A DNA stretch of 64,000 bases from Flavobacteriaceae bacterium (GCA_021647405.1 JAKIUU010000006.1:30148-94147), one strand, 5' to 3'; shown: positions 9,384-21,180, counted from the first letter of the stretch. Made by a program: numbers and translations. The notes: generated by a model from the sequence alone, not told the origin.

Positions 9384-11132
9384 TTAACTTAGTCTAATGT
9401 CTGAAACACTTTCTCCTGTTGGTATCATTGGAAATATATTGTCTTCTTTTTCTATAACAACTTCTAAAAAATACGCTTCTTTTGAAGCTACCATTGTTTT
9501 GACAGCATTGGCTAAATTTTCGCGTTTTGAAACCCGATTGGCTTTAATTCCGTAGCCTTCAGCAATTTTAACAAAGTCAGGATTTTTCATTACGGTAGAT
9601 GCATATCTTCTGTCAAAAAATAACTCTTGCCACTGGCGTACCATTCCTAAAAAACTATTGTTCAACACAACTATTTTAACAGGCACTTCTGTTTGAAGTA
9701 TTGTTCCGAGTTCTTGAATAGTCATTTGATAGCCGCCATCGCCAATAATGGCAACAACTTCTCTTTCTGGCGCACCCATTTTGGCACCAATGGCTGCGGG
9801 AAGCGCAAAACCCATTGTGCCCAGGCCTCCTGAGGTAATGCTGCTTCTGGTTTTAATAAAATTGGCATAACGGCAGGCAAACATTTGGTGTTGGCCTACA
9901 TCAGAAACAATGACAGCTTCGCCATTTGTTTCTTGGTTAATTTTATTGATAACCTCGCCCATGGTTAAACCTTCTTTTGTAGGATTCAACTGATCGTTTA
10001 TAACAACCTCGCACTCCTTTTGATATAACTTGGTAAATTCTTGCAACCATGCTGCATGCTGCATTTTATTTACAAAAGGCATTATCTCGGTTAAGCTTTC
10101 TTTTACATTTCCTAAAACAGCTACATCTGTTTTAACATTTTTATCAATTTCGGCAGGATCAATTTCAAAATGAATAACCTTGGCTTGTTTGGCATAAGTT
10201 TCTAAATTACCGGTAACACGATCGTCAAAACGCATGCCAATAGCAATAAGCAAATCGCATTGATTGGTTAAAACATTTGGCGCATAATTGCCGTGCATAC
10301 CAACCATACCAACATTTAGTGGGTGTTTTGTAGCTAAAGCTGATAAACCTAACGCTGTTGAAGCTGAAGGAATATTGGTCTTTTCAATAAAAGCTTTAAA
10401 TTCTGCTTCGGCTTGACCAATAATAATACCTTGCCCAAAAACGATAAATGGTTTTTTAGCACTGTTAATTAATTCGGCTGCGGCTTTAACTTTTTCAATA
10501 TCAAGTTTTGGGATGGCCCGATAACTTCTTATTTTCTCACATTTTTTATATTTAAAATCTACTTCTCCAAATTGCGCATCTTTTGTAATATCAATTAATA
10601 CTGGCCCTGGTCGGCCTGATTTCGCAATATAAAAAGCCTTGGCCATAATTTCTGGAATTTCGCTGGCTTTGGTTATTTGATAATTCCATTTTGTTACAGG
10701 TGTAGAAATACCAATGATATCGGTTTCTTGAAAAGCATCAGATCCTAAAAGATGAGAGGATACTTGTCCTGTGATACAAACCAGAGGTGTAGAGTCTATT
10801 TGAGCATCGGCAATTCCCGTTACCAAATTTGTAGCGCCAGGTCCTGAAGTGGCAAAAACAATTCCTGTTTTACCTGTTACACGCGCAAATCCTTGAGCCG
10901 CATGTGTGGCGCCTTGTTCATGACGCGTAAGTACATGATGTAATTTATCTTGATATTTATACAATTCATCATAAATTGGCATAATGGCTCCTCCTGGGTA
11001 ACCATAGGCTAAATCAACTCCTTCGGCTAATAGGCATTTGACCACCGCTTCGGAACCAGAAATTTTGGTTAATTTTAATCTTGTCTCCCCAACTGTTTTT
11101 TTGATTGTTGTTTCCATATTTTTAAAATTCAT
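9384..11132 (-). CDS. ilvB: acetolactate synthase large subunit (ThDP-dependent)
   Basis: 582 aa with the ThDP motif [14 protein letters not shown]...VLNN. An alternative ATG at 11117 would remove the 11-nt overlap with ilvD. Confidence 0.9.
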   Translation of the reverse strand: MNFKNMETTIKKTVGETRLKLTKISGSEAVVKCLLAEGVDLAYGYPGGAIMPIYDELYKYQDKLHHVLTRHEQGATHAAQGFARVTGKTGIVFATSGPGATNLVTGIADAQIDSTPLVCITGQVSSHLLGSDAFQETDIIGISTPVTKWNYQITKASEIPEIMAKAFYIAKSGRPGPVLIDITKDAQFGEVDFKYKKCEKIRSYRAIPKLDIEKVKAAAELINSAKKPFIVFGQGIIIGQAEAEFKAFIEKTNIPSASTALGLSALATKHPLNVGMVGMHGNYAPNVLTNQCDLLIAIGMRFDDRVTGNLETYAKQAKVIHFEIDPAEIDKNVKTDVAVLGNVKESLTEIMPFVNKMQHAAWLQEFTKLYQKECEVVINDQLNPTKEGLTMGEVINKINQETNGEAVIVSDVGQHQMFACRYANFIKTRSSITSGGLGTMGFALPAAIGAKMGAPEREVVAIIGDGGYQMTIQELGTILQTEVPVKIVVLNNSFLGMVRQWQELFFDRRYASTVMKNPDFVKIAEGYGIKANRVSKRENLANAVKTMVASKEAYFLEVVIEKEDNIFPMIPTGESVSDIRLS

Positions 11133-12798
11133 CGGTTACACAACCTTGAGAAGCGGTTGAAACTGTTTTGGCATATTTGTATAAAATACCTCTTTTGGCT
11201 TTTAATGCGGGTTGTTGCCAAGCAGCTTTACGTGCTGAGAATTCAGATTCAGAGATATTTAAATCAATGCGGTTATTGGCCACATCTATGGTAATAGTAT
11301 CGCCATTTTCTATAAGTGCTATTGGGCCGCCATCTTGGGCTTCGGGCGTAATATGCCCCACTACAAATCCGTGCGTGCCTCCCGAAAAACGACCATCAGT
11401 AATCAAGGCCACAGATTTACCTAAACCAGCTCCCATAATCATAGAAGTGGGTTTGAGCATTTCGGGCATGCCGGGGCCACCGCGAGGCCCTACATAACGA
11501 ATAACTATCACATCGCCTTTTTCTACCAAACCATTAGCAATGCCGTCATTGGCATCTTGCTCGCTATTAAAAACCTTGGCCGAACCTTTAAACATAATAC
11601 CTTCTTTTCCTGTAATCTTGGCCACCGAGCCCTCTGGCGCAATAGAGCCTTTTAATATTTGGAGGTGGCCTGTTTTTTTAACAGCTGTTTCGATATTGTG
11701 AATGACGGTTTGTTCAAAGGCCATCGGCTTAATATCTGCTAAATTTTCGGCAACAGTTTTGCCTGTTACAGTCATACAATCGCCATGTAAATACCCATTA
11801 TTTAAAAGATATTTCATTACAGCAGGCGTACCGCCAATACTGTGAACGTCTTCCATTAAATATTTGCCACTTGGTTTAAGATCGGCTAACACAGGTGTTT
11901 TATCGCTTATACGTTGAAAATCGTCTAATGTAAATTCAATTTTCGCCGCCTTAGCAATGGCTAAATAATGTAGTACTGCATTTGTGGAGCCGCCTAAAGC
12001 GATAACCACCGTAATGGCATTTTCGAGTGCTTTTTTGCTGATGATATCTAGCGGTTTTAAATCTAAATTTATCAGCTTATCAATGGCGTCAGCCACCAAT
12101 CTTGTCTCTTTATTTTTATCGGGATGTTCGGCTGGCAACGACGCGTTAAAAGGCAACGAAAAGCCTAGAGCTTCTATTGATGAAGCCATGGTATTGGCTG
12201 TGTACATACCGCCACAAGCTCCTGCACCCGGACAGGCTTTTTTGATGATTTCTTTAAATTCTTCATCGCTTAAAGTCCCTGCATTTTTTTCGCCCAAAGC
12301 TTCAAAAGCAGATACAATATCTAATTTTTTTCCTTTGTGATTTCCTGAAGCGATAGTGCCACCATAAACCATTAAAGAAGGTCTGTTTAAACGCAACATC
12401 GCCATTAAAGCGCCCGGCATATTTTTATCGCAACCCACCACAGTAACCAATCCGTCATAACTTTGGGCATTCATTACAATCTCAATAGAATCGGCAATAA
12501 CATCGCGCGAAGGCAGCGAATAATTCATACCGCTGGTGCCCATAGAAATGCCATCGCTTACGCCGATGGTGTGAAACATCAAACCCACCAATTCCTTTTG
12601 ATTGACGTGGAATTTTATTTTAGCCGCCAAATTGTTGAGATGCATATTGCAAGTATTCCCGTCGAAACCTGTACTGGCAATACCTATTTGTGGTTTTTTT
12701 AAATCGTCTTCGGTTAATCCAACACCGTAAAACATCGCCTGTGCTGCCGGTTGGTTGGGGTCTTGCGTAACGCGTTTACTGTATTTATTTAATTGCAT
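11122..12798 (-). CDS. ilvD: dihydroxy-acid dehydratase
   Basis: 558 aa with the CDKNMPG Fe-S ligand motif and GHITPEA near the C-terminus. Confidence 0.9.
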   Translation of the reverse strand: MQLNKYSKRVTQDPNQPAAQAMFYGVGLTEDDLKKPQIGIASTGFDGNTCNMHLNNLAAKIKFHVNQKELVGLMFHTIGVSDGISMGTSGMNYSLPSRDVIADSIEIVMNAQSYDGLVTVVGCDKNMPGALMAMLRLNRPSLMVYGGTIASGNHKGKKLDIVSAFEALGEKNAGTLSDEEFKEIIKKACPGAGACGGMYTANTMASSIEALGFSLPFNASLPAEHPDKNKETRLVADAIDKLINLDLKPLDIISKKALENAITVVIALGGSTNAVLHYLAIAKAAKIEFTLDDFQRISDKTPVLADLKPSGKYLMEDVHSIGGTPAVMKYLLNNGYLHGDCMTVTGKTVAENLADIKPMAFEQTVIHNIETAVKKTGHLQILKGSIAPEGSVAKITGKEGIMFKGSAKVFNSEQDANDGIANGLVEKGDVIVIRYVGPRGGPGMPEMLKPTSMIMGAGLGKSVALITDGRFSGGTHGFVVGHITPEAQDGGPIALIENGDTITIDVANNRIDLNISESEFSARKAAWQQPALKAKRGILYKYAKTVSTASQGCVTDEF

Positions 12799-13059
12799 TT
12801 AGTAGTCCTCTTATTTTAATAATTAGCAAATTTAACCTAGGTGTTAATACCAAGTCTCTAGAATTATATTTTTTTACAATACTCAATTTTACCTTTTTTT
12901 ACATATCTATTTGTTTTACTGATAATTAACATTATTTGTTTTACAATGATTAGCTATAAAAAAACCTGGGTCTTAAATTGGATACAGGTTATAATTTATA
13001 GTCATTACAAACACAGCTCTCCCTCACGAATCCTTTTGTGCGGTTGTGAAAAAGTTATT

Positions 13060-14604
13060 TTACCTTATCAATTTTTTAGCTTTTTCGCGGATAATCATTT
13101 CTACAGGTACATTTTGTATTTTACTTTCAAGCCACGACAAAACATCGAGATACAAAAAGGCACGTTTTTCATAGGGGTGGTTTTCATAAACAACCAATTC
13201 GCTGTGCAACTTAACAAAAGCCTTATGAATGTCTTGTGGGTAAATATTATTCAGATTTTTAAGAAACAAAATCATCTTGCGCTGTACTTCGTGCAAATCG
13301 TTCATTTTAACCAAAAACTTATAGGTAGAGACAATGAGTTTTTCAATATTTTCATCTAGGCCAGCATCATAATGGGCTACCAGATTTAAAACCCTAGAAA
13401 AACACAATAAATCCTCACGCATTTTTAAGGCTTTGTTGTTTATTATTTTTTCGAGATAAAAAATACATTCTTCATTTTTACCTGCACCAAAATACATAGA
13501 GGCAATTTTGTAATAAAACACCATAACATGATGCGCATCAATTTTAGACTCGTAATTTTTTAAATCGGCTAATAGTCTTTGAGCGTAGTCTAAGCCCTTT
13601 GTAAATCTGCCCTCTAAAAAGTATAAATTCAGCTTATTCTGACTGTAACACAAAAAAGACAATGTTTTTGTATTCTCGTTAATAGTAATCTTTTCTAAAT
13701 CTAAATCGGTTTTTAAATTTTCTAGTACAGCATTAAATTTTGTACTATGCTTTATAAAAAAGAGCGCTTCTAATAAATAGTCAACTCCCTTTATATAAAA
13801 GACAGGATTTTGGCGTTTCATTTCAGAGTTTTTATCAAATAAATCAACCCATTTTTGAGCGTATTTATAGCTGTGTACAAAATCTTGTAGAATTAAGCTG
13901 TACCACAAATAGGCCTTATACAAAAAGAGTTTTTCTCTAAAACCAAGTGCCGATAATTCATATTTTGGCAATCTCTTATTGAAATATATTTTTACTTTTG
14001 CGGCATCGGTATCATCTTTAGCATAACCCGTCTTTAACAACAAACTGTATAACTGAAGCGATAGATTTGACAGTTTACTAATCCGCACACTTTTCATACT
14101 AAGCACTTTGGCCTGTTTGGTAAGTGCATCTGCACGGTTATTTAAACTTCGAGTGATGTATTGCGATTCTATTACTTTTTCGAATTCCACAATTTCAAAA
14201 GCCAAATTATTTTCGCCACTTGTCAAAGCCAAATCTTTTGATTTCTCTAATATTTTTAGGCTTTGTTTGTACAATCCTTTACTGTATAATATGGCTGCAA
14301 AATCAAATTGTTCTCTAATATGAGCCCGCGCATTTTGATGTACTGGATTAAAACGCAAACTCACTAATATCTGTTTGTACAAATGTGCTTTTGTATTGGA
14401 AATTTGCTGTTTTTTAATAGGTGTCTTTTTTAAAATTAAGGCATCATCATAATGAGAATTTTTATCTAATAAATTGAATAATGACATAAAATTAGCATCG
14501 GCATTGCCACCCAATCTGCCTGCATAAAGTTTAAACTGGCGCTTTTCTGACTTAGAAAGCGACTTAACCAATGTAAAAAGTGCATCTTTTTGTTCAATAG
14601 CCAT
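13060..14604 (-). CDS. conserved-looking hypothetical protein, all-alpha (TPR-like) by composition
   Basis: Long uninterrupted ORF with ordinary codon usage. The track start at 14649 is TTG, so the first ATG (14604, MAIEQKD...) is preferred. I recognised no catalytic or DNA-binding motif. Confidence 0.6.
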   Translation of the reverse strand: MAIEQKDALFTLVKSLSKSEKRQFKLYAGRLGGNADANFMSLFNLLDKNSHYDDALILKKTPIKKQQISNTKAHLYKQILVSLRFNPVHQNARAHIREQFDFAAILYSKGLYKQSLKILEKSKDLALTSGENNLAFEIVEFEKVIESQYITRSLNNRADALTKQAKVLSMKSVRISKLSNLSLQLYSLLLKTGYAKDDTDAAKVKIYFNKRLPKYELSALGFREKLFLYKAYLWYSLILQDFVHSYKYAQKWVDLFDKNSEMKRQNPVFYIKGVDYLLEALFFIKHSTKFNAVLENLKTDLDLEKITINENTKTLSFLCYSQNKLNLYFLEGRFTKGLDYAQRLLADLKNYESKIDAHHVMVFYYKIASMYFGAGKNEECIFYLEKIINNKALKMREDLLCFSRVLNLVAHYDAGLDENIEKLIVSTYKFLVKMNDLHEVQRKMILFLKNLNNIYPQDIHKAFVKLHSELVVYENHPYEKRAFLYLDVLSWLESKIQNVPVEMIIREKAKKLIR

Positions 14605-14716
14605 TGTAACTAATATTTTTTTATCTTTCTGTATTTCAGTTATATACAAAATTTATACCTTGTTTGAGCATAGTAAACACATCAAATTATGGTATTTATT
14701 AAAAAACCCAAACGTC

Positions 14717-14724
14717 TATTTTTG
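14717..14724 (+). promoter_or_regulatory. -7 box TATTTTTG upstream of leuA
   Basis: Matches the Bacteroidota sigma-A -7 consensus TAnnTTTG, 32 nt before the leuA ATG. There is no clean TTTG -33 element (only TTTA). Confidence 0.3.
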
Positions 14725-14755
14725 ATATTCCAAATGTGATAAAAAAAAATTAATA

Positions 14756-15931
14756 ATGAATAAAAATAATGTCCAAATTTTTGACACAACCTTAAGGGAT
14801 GGTGAACAAGTCCCAGGATGCAAGCTAAATACTGAACAAAAAATAGTTATAGCTAAGCGTCTTGACCTGTTAGGTGTTGATGTTATTGAAGCTGGATTTC
14901 CTATTTCAAGTCCAGGTGATTTTAAATCGGTTGAAGAAATATCTAAAATCATTAAAAATGCCAGTGTTTGTGCTTTAACCAGAGCCAATGAGAAGGATAT
15001 TGAAGCCGCTGCAAAAGCCTTAAAATATGCTGTGCACCCCAGAATTCACACTGGTATTGGCACATCTGATTCTCATATAATTCACAAATTTAAATCAACA
15101 CAAGAAAAAATTATTGAGCGTGCCATTCAAGCCGTTTCTTATGCTAAAAACTTTGTTGATGATGTTGAGTTTTATGCCGAAGATGCTGGCAGAACAGATA
15201 ATAAATTTTTGGCCAAAGTCTGCGAAGCTGTTATCAATGCTGGTGCTACTGTTTTAAATATTCCAGACACAACAGGTTACTGCTTGCCTGGCGAATATGG
15301 TGCCAAAATAAAATATTTAAAAGACAATGTAAAAGGCATTGAAAATGTTATTTTATCATGCCATTGTCATAACGATTTAGGCTTAGCTACAGCCAATGCC
15401 ATAGCTGGTATTCAAAATGGTGCCCGTCAAATTGAATGTACCATAAACGGTATAGGCGAACGAGCTGGAAACACATCATTAGAAGAAGTGGTTATGATTT
15501 TAAGACAACATCCGTATTTAAATTTAGACACACGTGTTAACTCCAAACTGTTATATGATACAAGTCAGTTGGTACAACAAAGTATGGGTATGATGGTACA
15601 GCCCAATAAAGCTATTGTTGGCGAAAATGCTTTTGCACACAGCTCAGGAATTCATCAAGATGGTGTTATCAAAAACAGAGAAACATACGAAATTATTAAC
15701 CCTGCCGATGTGGGTGTAAATGAATCTTCAATTGTTTTAACCGCTAGAAGCGGAAGGGCTGCCTTGGCATATCGTGCTAAAAATGTGGGTTACGAATTGA
15801 CCAAAATAGAATTGGATATTTTGTATCCTCAGTTTTTGAATTATGCCGACAGTCGTAAAGAAGTACACGATGCAGATATTCATCAATTAATAAGCTTAAA
15901 CAAGCCTTTAAAATCAAGTGTAAACTTCTAA
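14756..15931 (+). CDS. leuA: 2-isopropylmalate synthase, short form (no C-terminal regulatory domain)
   Basis: 391 aa with the LRDGEQ and [12 protein letters not shown] motifs of the DRE-TIM metallolyase family. First gene of leuACDB. Confidence 0.8.
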   Translation: MNKNNVQIFDTTLRDGEQVPGCKLNTEQKIVIAKRLDLLGVDVIEAGFPISSPGDFKSVEEISKIIKNASVCALTRANEKDIEAAAKALKYAVHPRIHTGIGTSDSHIIHKFKSTQEKIIERAIQAVSYAKNFVDDVEFYAEDAGRTDNKFLAKVCEAVINAGATVLNIPDTTGYCLPGEYGAKIKYLKDNVKGIENVILSCHCHNDLGLATANAIAGIQNGARQIECTINGIGERAGNTSLEEVVMILRQHPYLNLDTRVNSKLLYDTSQLVQQSMGMMVQPNKAIVGENAFAHSSGIHQDGVIKNRETYEIINPADVGVNESSIVLTARSGRAALAYRAKNVGYELTKIELDILYPQFLNYADSRKEVHDADIHQLISLNKPLKSSVNF

Positions 15932-15944
15932 GTTTAAAAAACAA

Positions 15945-17324
15945 ATGGGAAAAACACTTTTTGATAAAGTTTGGGACAGCCATAGTGTAACCACCATAGA
16001 AAACGGCCCCCATGTTTTATACATAGACAAACATTTAATACACGAAGTGACAAGCCCTCAAGCCTTTAAAGAGCTAGAGAATAGAGGAATCGCACTTTTC
16101 AGACCAAAACAAATTGTGGCAACTGCCGACCATAATACGCCCACAAAAAATCAGCACCTACCCATAAAAGATTTACAGTCAAGAAATCAGTTAGAGCAAT
16201 TGGCAAAAAACTGCACCAAAAACAATATAGAACTATATGGGCTAGGTCATAAATACAATGGCATTATTCATGTAATAGCGCCCGAACTTGGCATGACACA
16301 ACCAGGCATGACAATTGTTTGTGGCGACAGCCACACATCAACACACGGCGCCTTTGGCAGCATTGCTTTTGGCATAGGTACCAGTCAAGTGGCTCAGGTT
16401 TTTGCAAGCCAAAGTTTGATATTAGAAAGGCCCAAAACAATGCGCGTTTCTGTTAACGGAAAACTGGCAAAAGGTGTTTTAGCTAAAGATGTTATTTTAT
16501 ATATTATTGCCAAATTAGGCACCAATTCTGGTACGGGTTATTTTATTGAATATGCCGGAAATGTGTTTGAAGATATGACCATGGAAAGTAGGATGACTGT
16601 TTGCAATATGAGTATTGAAATGGGTGCCAGAGGCGGTATGATTGCCCCAGACAAAACCACTTTTGATTATATAAAAGGGCGAAAATTTGCACCTAAAGGA
16701 GATGCTTTTACCAAAAAAGTAACTTATTGGAAAAGTTTAAAAACTGATAGTGATGCCATTTTTGACGCCTCTTACGAGTTTGATGCTTCGGATATCGAAC
16801 CCATGATTACTTACGGTACAAATCCTGGAATGGGTATAAAAATTACTGAGAAAATTCCCTCAGAGGAAAGTGAATCTCTTGAAAAGTCTCTGAAATATAT
16901 GGGATTTAAAAAGGGAACTTCGCTGATAAATCAGCCCATAAATTATGTTTTTATTGGCAGTTGTACCAATTCGCGAATTGAAGATTTTAGAATTGCAGCC
17001 AACTACATCAAAGGAAAACAAAAGGCCAAAAACGTCAATGCCTTAATTGTTCCAGGCTCACAATTGGTAGCCAAACAAATTGTTGAAGAAGGCCTGCAAA
17101 CAGTTTTTGAAGAAGCTGGGTTCGAACTTCGCCAGCCAGGTTGCTCGGCTTGTTTGGCCATGAACGATGATAAAATTCCCGAAGGGGAATACTGTGTCTC
17201 TACCTCAAACCGAAACTTTGAAGGCCGTCAAGGGCAAGGAGCTAGAACTCTATTGGCAAGTCCTTTGGTAGCTGCTTCGGTGGCTATTTCGGGTAAAATT
17301 ATTGACATTACTAAAAACTTTTAA
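15945..17324 (+). CDS. leuC: 3-isopropylmalate dehydratase large subunit
   Basis: 459 aa with aconitase-family Fe-S cysteines ([15 protein letters not shown]). Confidence 0.9.
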   Translation: MGKTLFDKVWDSHSVTTIENGPHVLYIDKHLIHEVTSPQAFKELENRGIALFRPKQIVATADHNTPTKNQHLPIKDLQSRNQLEQLAKNCTKNNIELYGLGHKYNGIIHVIAPELGMTQPGMTIVCGDSHTSTHGAFGSIAFGIGTSQVAQVFASQSLILERPKTMRVSVNGKLAKGVLAKDVILYIIAKLGTNSGTGYFIEYAGNVFEDMTMESRMTVCNMSIEMGARGGMIAPDKTTFDYIKGRKFAPKGDAFTKKVTYWKSLKTDSDAIFDASYEFDASDIEPMITYGTNPGMGIKITEKIPSEESESLEKSLKYMGFKKGTSLINQPINYVFIGSCTNSRIEDFRIAANYIKGKQKAKNVNALIVPGSQLVAKQIVEEGLQTVFEEAGFELRQPGCSACLAMNDDKIPEGEYCVSTSNRNFEGRQGQGARTLLASPLVAASVAISGKIIDITKNF

Positions 17325-17325
17325 T

Positions 17326-17913
17326 ATGGCTAAGTTTACAAAAATTACATCCACGGCAGTGCCATTGGCTATACAAAATATAGATACAGATCAAGTAATA
17401 CCAGCACGCTTTTTAAAAGCGACAAACCGTGAAGGGTTTGGCGAAAACTTATTTAGAGACTGGCGATTTAATAAAAATGGATTAGTTAATCATGATTTCA
17501 TTTTAAATAATAAGAATTATTGTGGTGAAATCTTAATCGCTGGAAGTAACTTTGGTTGTGGCTCGAGTCGTGAACATGCCGCGTGGGCTGTTCACGATTA
17601 TGGGTTTAAAGTTGTTATCTCTAGTTTTTTTGCAGATATCTTTAAGGGAAATGCCTTGAACAACGGTATTTTACCTGTTCAAATTTCGGAAGAGTTTCTG
17701 CAAATTTTATTAAAGACCACTAAAGAAAAACCTCAAACAATACTCAGTGTAGATTTAGAAAATCAAACACTCACATTAGAAGAAACAGGGCTGTCAGAAA
17801 AATTTGACATTGACCCATACAAAAAGTTATGCTTCCAAAATGGCTATGATGATATTGATTATCTGATAAGTATCAAAGATAAAATTGAAGCGTACGAAAC
17901 GACAAATAGATGA
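17326..17913 (+). CDS. leuD: 3-isopropylmalate dehydratase small subunit
   Basis: The ATG at 17326 (MAKFTKI...) lies 1 nt after the leuC stop. The track's upstream start at 17302 would overlap leu[10 protein letters not shown] motif present. Confidence 0.85.
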   Translation: MAKFTKITSTAVPLAIQNIDTDQVIPARFLKATNREGFGENLFRDWRFNKNGLVNHDFILNNKNYCGEILIAGSNFGCGSSREHAAWAVHDYGFKVVISSFFADIFKGNALNNGILPVQISEEFLQILLKTTKEKPQTILSVDLENQTLTLEETGLSEKFDIDPYKKLCFQNGYDDIDYLISIKDKIEAYETTNR

Positions 17914-19025
17914 AATTAAAAATTGCTTTACTTCCCGGAGACGGCATTGGACCAGAAGTAACCAAACAAGCTGTAAAGGTGTTAGATACAATAGCCGAAA
18001 AATTCAACCATACTATTGAATATCAAACGGCCGATGTAGGGGCTATAGCCATTGACAAAACAGGCAATCCCTTACCCGATGAAACTTTAAAAATTTGCGC
18101 CGATGCTGACGCTATTTTATTCGGCGCCATTGGCGACCCTAAATACGATAATGACCCAAGCGCCAAAGTACGCCCAGAACAAGGTTTACTCAAACTCAGA
18201 AAAAGTTTAGGCCTTTTTGCAAACATACGCCCTTTAACTACTTATGCCTCATTAATTCATAAATCTAATTTAAAAGAAGCTGTTATAAAAGGGACCGATT
18301 TTGTTATTTATAGGGAACTTACGAGTGGTATTTATTTTGGCGAAAAAGAGTTAAGTGATGATGGTAATACAGCTGTAGATATCTGTAAATACACCACTGA
18401 AGAAATTAACCGCATAGCACATTTGGCTTTTAAGTCGGCACAAGTACGCAGAAAAAAACTGACTTTGGTTGACAAAGCCAACGTGTTGGAAACATCACGT
18501 TTATGGCGAAAATGTGTTACTAAAATAGCAACCGAATATCCCGATGTAAGTCTTGATTTTTTGTTTGTAGACAATGCGGCGATGCAAATTATTTTGAATC
18601 CCACACAATTTGATGTTATTTTAACTGAAAATTTATTTGGCGATATTATTTCTGATGAAGCCAGTGTTATTTCGGGCTCAATAGGTTTGTTGGCATCGGC
18701 ATCAATAGGATATCACACGGCGCTATTTGAGCCTATTCACGGCTCCTACCCTCAGGCAAAAGGCAAAAATATTGCCAACCCTGTGGCTTCCATTTTATCA
18801 GCAGCTATGCTACTAGAGCATTTTAAATTGTACAAAGAAGCCGGTCTTATTAAAGAAGCTGTAGAAAAATCTTTAGAATTAAATATCTGCACCGTAGATA
18901 TAAATAGCGAGTCGCTTTTTAAAACAGATGATATAGGCGAATTTATTATGGATTATATTCAATTTCCCCAAGATTATAAAGTAAACCCTAATAATATACA
19001 TATTGGTAAATCGACAATAATTTAA
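17910..19025 (+). CDS. leuB: 3-isopropylmalate dehydrogenase
   Basis: 371 aa with the [12 protein letters not shown] signature. ATGA overlap with leuD. Confidence 0.9.
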   Translation: MKLKIALLPGDGIGPEVTKQAVKVLDTIAEKFNHTIEYQTADVGAIAIDKTGNPLPDETLKICADADAILFGAIGDPKYDNDPSAKVRPEQGLLKLRKSLGLFANIRPLTTYASLIHKSNLKEAVIKGTDFVIYRELTSGIYFGEKELSDDGNTAVDICKYTTEEINRIAHLAFKSAQVRRKKLTLVDKANVLETSRLWRKCVTKIATEYPDVSLDFLFVDNAAMQIILNPTQFDVILTENLFGDIISDEASVISGSIGLLASASIGYHTALFEPIHGSYPQAKGKNIANPVASILSAAMLLEHFKLYKEAGLIKEAVEKSLELNICTVDINSESLFKTDDIGEFIMDYIQFPQDYKVNPNNIHIGKSTII

Positions 19026-19055
19026 TTTGTATTGGTTTTTTGGATAGTGAAGAAA

Positions 19056-19085
19056 AGGCCTACATTGTATGTAGGTCTTTTTTTA
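19056..19085 (+). terminator. rho-independent terminator of the leu operon
   Basis: AGGCCUACA-uugua-UGUAGGUCU forms a 9-bp stem with one G-U pair (a wobble only on the plus strand). It is followed by TTTTTT. Confidence 0.6.
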
Positions 19086-19127
19086 TTATTTTTTATATAT
19101 ATTGTCGGTTCTAAAACAATTTTTATT

Positions 19128-20168
19128 GTGCTAAAAATAAAATATTTACTGGTTTATTTGCTGCCCATAAGCACCTATATTTCGCTTAGCTCAAAAGGGT
19201 GGTTAACATTTTTACCGCTGTTTTTATTCTTTGTTTTAGTCCCAGTTATAGAAATATTTTTAAACCCTGATCCTTCCAACTTTTCAGAAGAAATAGCCAA
19301 AGTCGAAAAAAACAAAACCTTTTACAGTATCATTTTATACATTGCTTTGCCTGTGCAAATATTTTTATTGTTCTTCTTTTTTAAGGCTATTCAAGAACCC
19401 AATCTGAGTACTTTTGAATACGTGGGACGGCTCTACAGCATGGGGCTTATGTGTGGCGTAATGGGTATAAACGTAGGGCACGAATTGGGGCACAGGGCCA
19501 ATCGTTTAGAACAGTTAATAGGTGAATTACTTTTACTTAGCTCTTTAAATACACACTTTTTACCCTACCATAATGAAGGACATCACCGCAATGTGGCCAC
19601 CCCAAAAGATGCGGCTACAGCCAAAAAAAACGAATGGGTTTTTACGTTTTGGATACGTTCTCATTTTGGCAGTTATATTGAGGCTTGGCAGATAGAAAAC
19701 AAGCGTATGCTAAAAAAAGGATTGTCTAAATTTTCATTACACAATAAAATGATAGTGTATAGTTTGGCAAATATCATACTGTTAACAAGTCTCTATTATT
19801 ATCTTGGATTGGCTGTACTATCGGCCTTTGTAACAGCTTCAATAATTGGCATTTTACTATTAGAAACTGTAAACTACATTGAGCATTACGGATTGTTGCG
19901 ACACAAAAAGGAAGATGGCAAATACGAACGTGTCAGGCACAACCATTCATGGAATTCAGACCATGTTTTAAGTAAATTACTGTTATTTAACTTATCGCGT
20001 CATTCAGACCATCATTACAAAGGCAGTAAAAAATACCAGATTTTAGAATCACTCCCTCAAAGTCCGCAAATGCCAACAGGTTATTCGGGTATGGTGGTTT
20101 TTGCCTTAGTACCCCCTCTATGGATTTGGTATATGAATAGGCAGTTAAAAAAGTATCAAGAGGTTTAA
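19128..20168 (+). CDS. alkB: alkane 1-monooxygenase / membrane fatty-acid-desaturase family (AlkB-like)
   Basis: His boxes HELGHR, EGHHRNVATP, NYIEHYGL and LSRHSDHH. The track start (TTG at 19032) spans the leu terminator. An in-frame GVG-type start is GTG at 19128 (MLKIKYLL...), but the true start is uncertain. Confidence 0.7.
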   Translation: MLKIKYLLVYLLPISTYISLSSKGWLTFLPLFLFFVLVPVIEIFLNPDPSNFSEEIAKVEKNKTFYSIILYIALPVQIFLLFFFFKAIQEPNLSTFEYVGRLYSMGLMCGVMGINVGHELGHRANRLEQLIGELLLLSSLNTHFLPYHNEGHHRNVATPKDAATAKKNEWVFTFWIRSHFGSYIEAWQIENKRMLKKGLSKFSLHNKMIVYSLANIILLTSLYYYLGLAVLSAFVTASIIGILLLETVNYIEHYGLLRHKKEDGKYERVRHNHSWNSDHVLSKLLLFNLSRHSDHHYKGSKKYQILESLPQSPQMPTGYSGMVVFALVPPLWIWYMNRQLKKYQEV

Positions 20169-20399
20169 GATTTGGAGGATTCTCCCATCCCTGTCCCTTC
20201 CCAAAGGGAAAGGTAATAATTCTTCCCTTCAGTCAGGTATCCGCGTGACAGATAAGAATTAACTGTTTTTAGTTTGTTGTTTACTATAAACCCAAAAGAG
20301 ATCACTCAAATTAACAAAAAAATTAAAAGCGGTTTCTATTGATCTTAAAATATCCTTCCAAATTTTTTCTTAAATTCGTCTGCTCATTAAAAAAGTACT

Positions 20400-21131
20400 A
20401 TGACTCAAAAAACAGTTTCAGAGGCCGTCAATTACCGCAGGGCTGTGCGTAATTACGATACCAACATTGCCATAGATAGTGCTGTTGTAAAAACCTGTAT
20501 TGAGCAGGCTACATTGGCGCCAAGCAGTAGTAATTTACAGTTGTGGGAATTTCATCACATTATTTCGCCCGAGGTTAAAAAGAAGCTGTCTGCCTATTGT
20601 TTTGATCAAGGGGCTGCCAAAACAGCTCAAGAGTTGGTAGTAGTTGTGGTTCGTAAAGATTTATGGCGCAAACGCCAAAAATCTAATCTTAATTACCTCG
20701 ATAAACTTTACGGAGGCAAACCATATTCCGAATATTCTAGCCGTGAGAAATTTGCCGCCAATTATTATAAAAAATTAATCCCGTTTACTTACTTTGATAT
20801 TTTGGGTCTTTTGGGATGGCTAAAATATATTTTATTTTGGATGGTGGGCTTGTTTCGCCCTATTTATAGAGAAGCCCGGAGTAAAGATTTACGCGTAGTA
20901 GCTCATAAAAGTGCGGGCTTGGCCGCACAAACTTTTATGCTGAGTATGGCGGCCCATGGGCTAGACACCTGCCCTATGGAAGGCACAGATACCCTGCGTA
21001 TTAAAAGGCTTTTAAAACTGCCTTATGGTGCCGAAATTAATATGGTTATTTCTTGTGGCATACGCACAGACAAAGGTGTGTATGGCGACCGATTTAGAAT
21101 TCCTTTTGAGGAAGTGTATAAAAAATGGTAA
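20400..21131 (+). CDS. nitroreductase-family protein
   Basis: 243 aa. The N-terminal RRAVRNY...APSSSNLQLW pattern is typical of FMN nitroreductase-fold proteins. Confidence 0.65.
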   Translation: MTQKTVSEAVNYRRAVRNYDTNIAIDSAVVKTCIEQATLAPSSSNLQLWEFHHIISPEVKKKLSAYCFDQGAAKTAQELVVVVVRKDLWRKRQKSNLNYLDKLYGGKPYSEYSSREKFAANYYKKLIPFTYFDILGLLGWLKYILFWMVGLFRPIYREARSKDLRVVAHKSAGLAAQTFMLSMAAHGLDTCPMEGTDTLRIKRLLKLPYGAEINMVISCGIRTDKGVYGDRFRIPFEEVYKKW

Positions 21132-21141
21132 AAAAATAGGA

Positions 21142-21162
21142 GGCTCACTTTAAAGTGAAGCC
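21142..21162. terminator. palindromic hairpin between convergent genes
   Basis: GGCTCACTTTAAAGTGAAGCC contains the perfect palindrome TCACTTTAAAGTGA. It lies between the nitroreductase stop and the acylase stop. There is no clear U-tract. Confidence 0.3.
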
Positions 21163-21180
21163 CTGACCATATCTTTGATT

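Noticed and set aside
12864-13005. Possible ilv leader peptides on the minus strand upstream of ilvD: MTINYNLYPI* at 13005-12973 and MLIISKTNRYVKKGKIEYCKKI* at 12932-12864.
   Set aside because: Neither is enriched in consecutive Ile/Val/Leu codons. No terminator/antiterminator structure was evident. Both are most likely chance ORFs in AT-rich DNA.
12946-13359. 137-aa plus-strand ORF spanning the ilvD-upstream spacer and the 3' end of the 13060-14604 gene.
   Set aside because: It overlaps a better ORF on the opposite strand. Its translation is AT-rich and Ile/Phe/Tyr-heavy, which is typical of spurious frames.
14650-14755. Searched for a leucine leader peptide or T-box-like element upstream of leuA.
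   Set aside because: The only feature is an ATG-TGA dicodon. There is no Leu-codon run, and the spacer is too short for a T-box.
20169-20399. The 231-bp spacer after alkB, with CCCTTCCC-AAA-GGGAAAGG and ATTCTT...AAGAAT imperfect inverted repeats. It was checked for a tRNA, riboswitch or terminator.
   Set aside because: The stems are short and bulged, there is no U-tract, and no recognisable RNA-family features are present. It is probably a weak terminator or a REP-like remnant.
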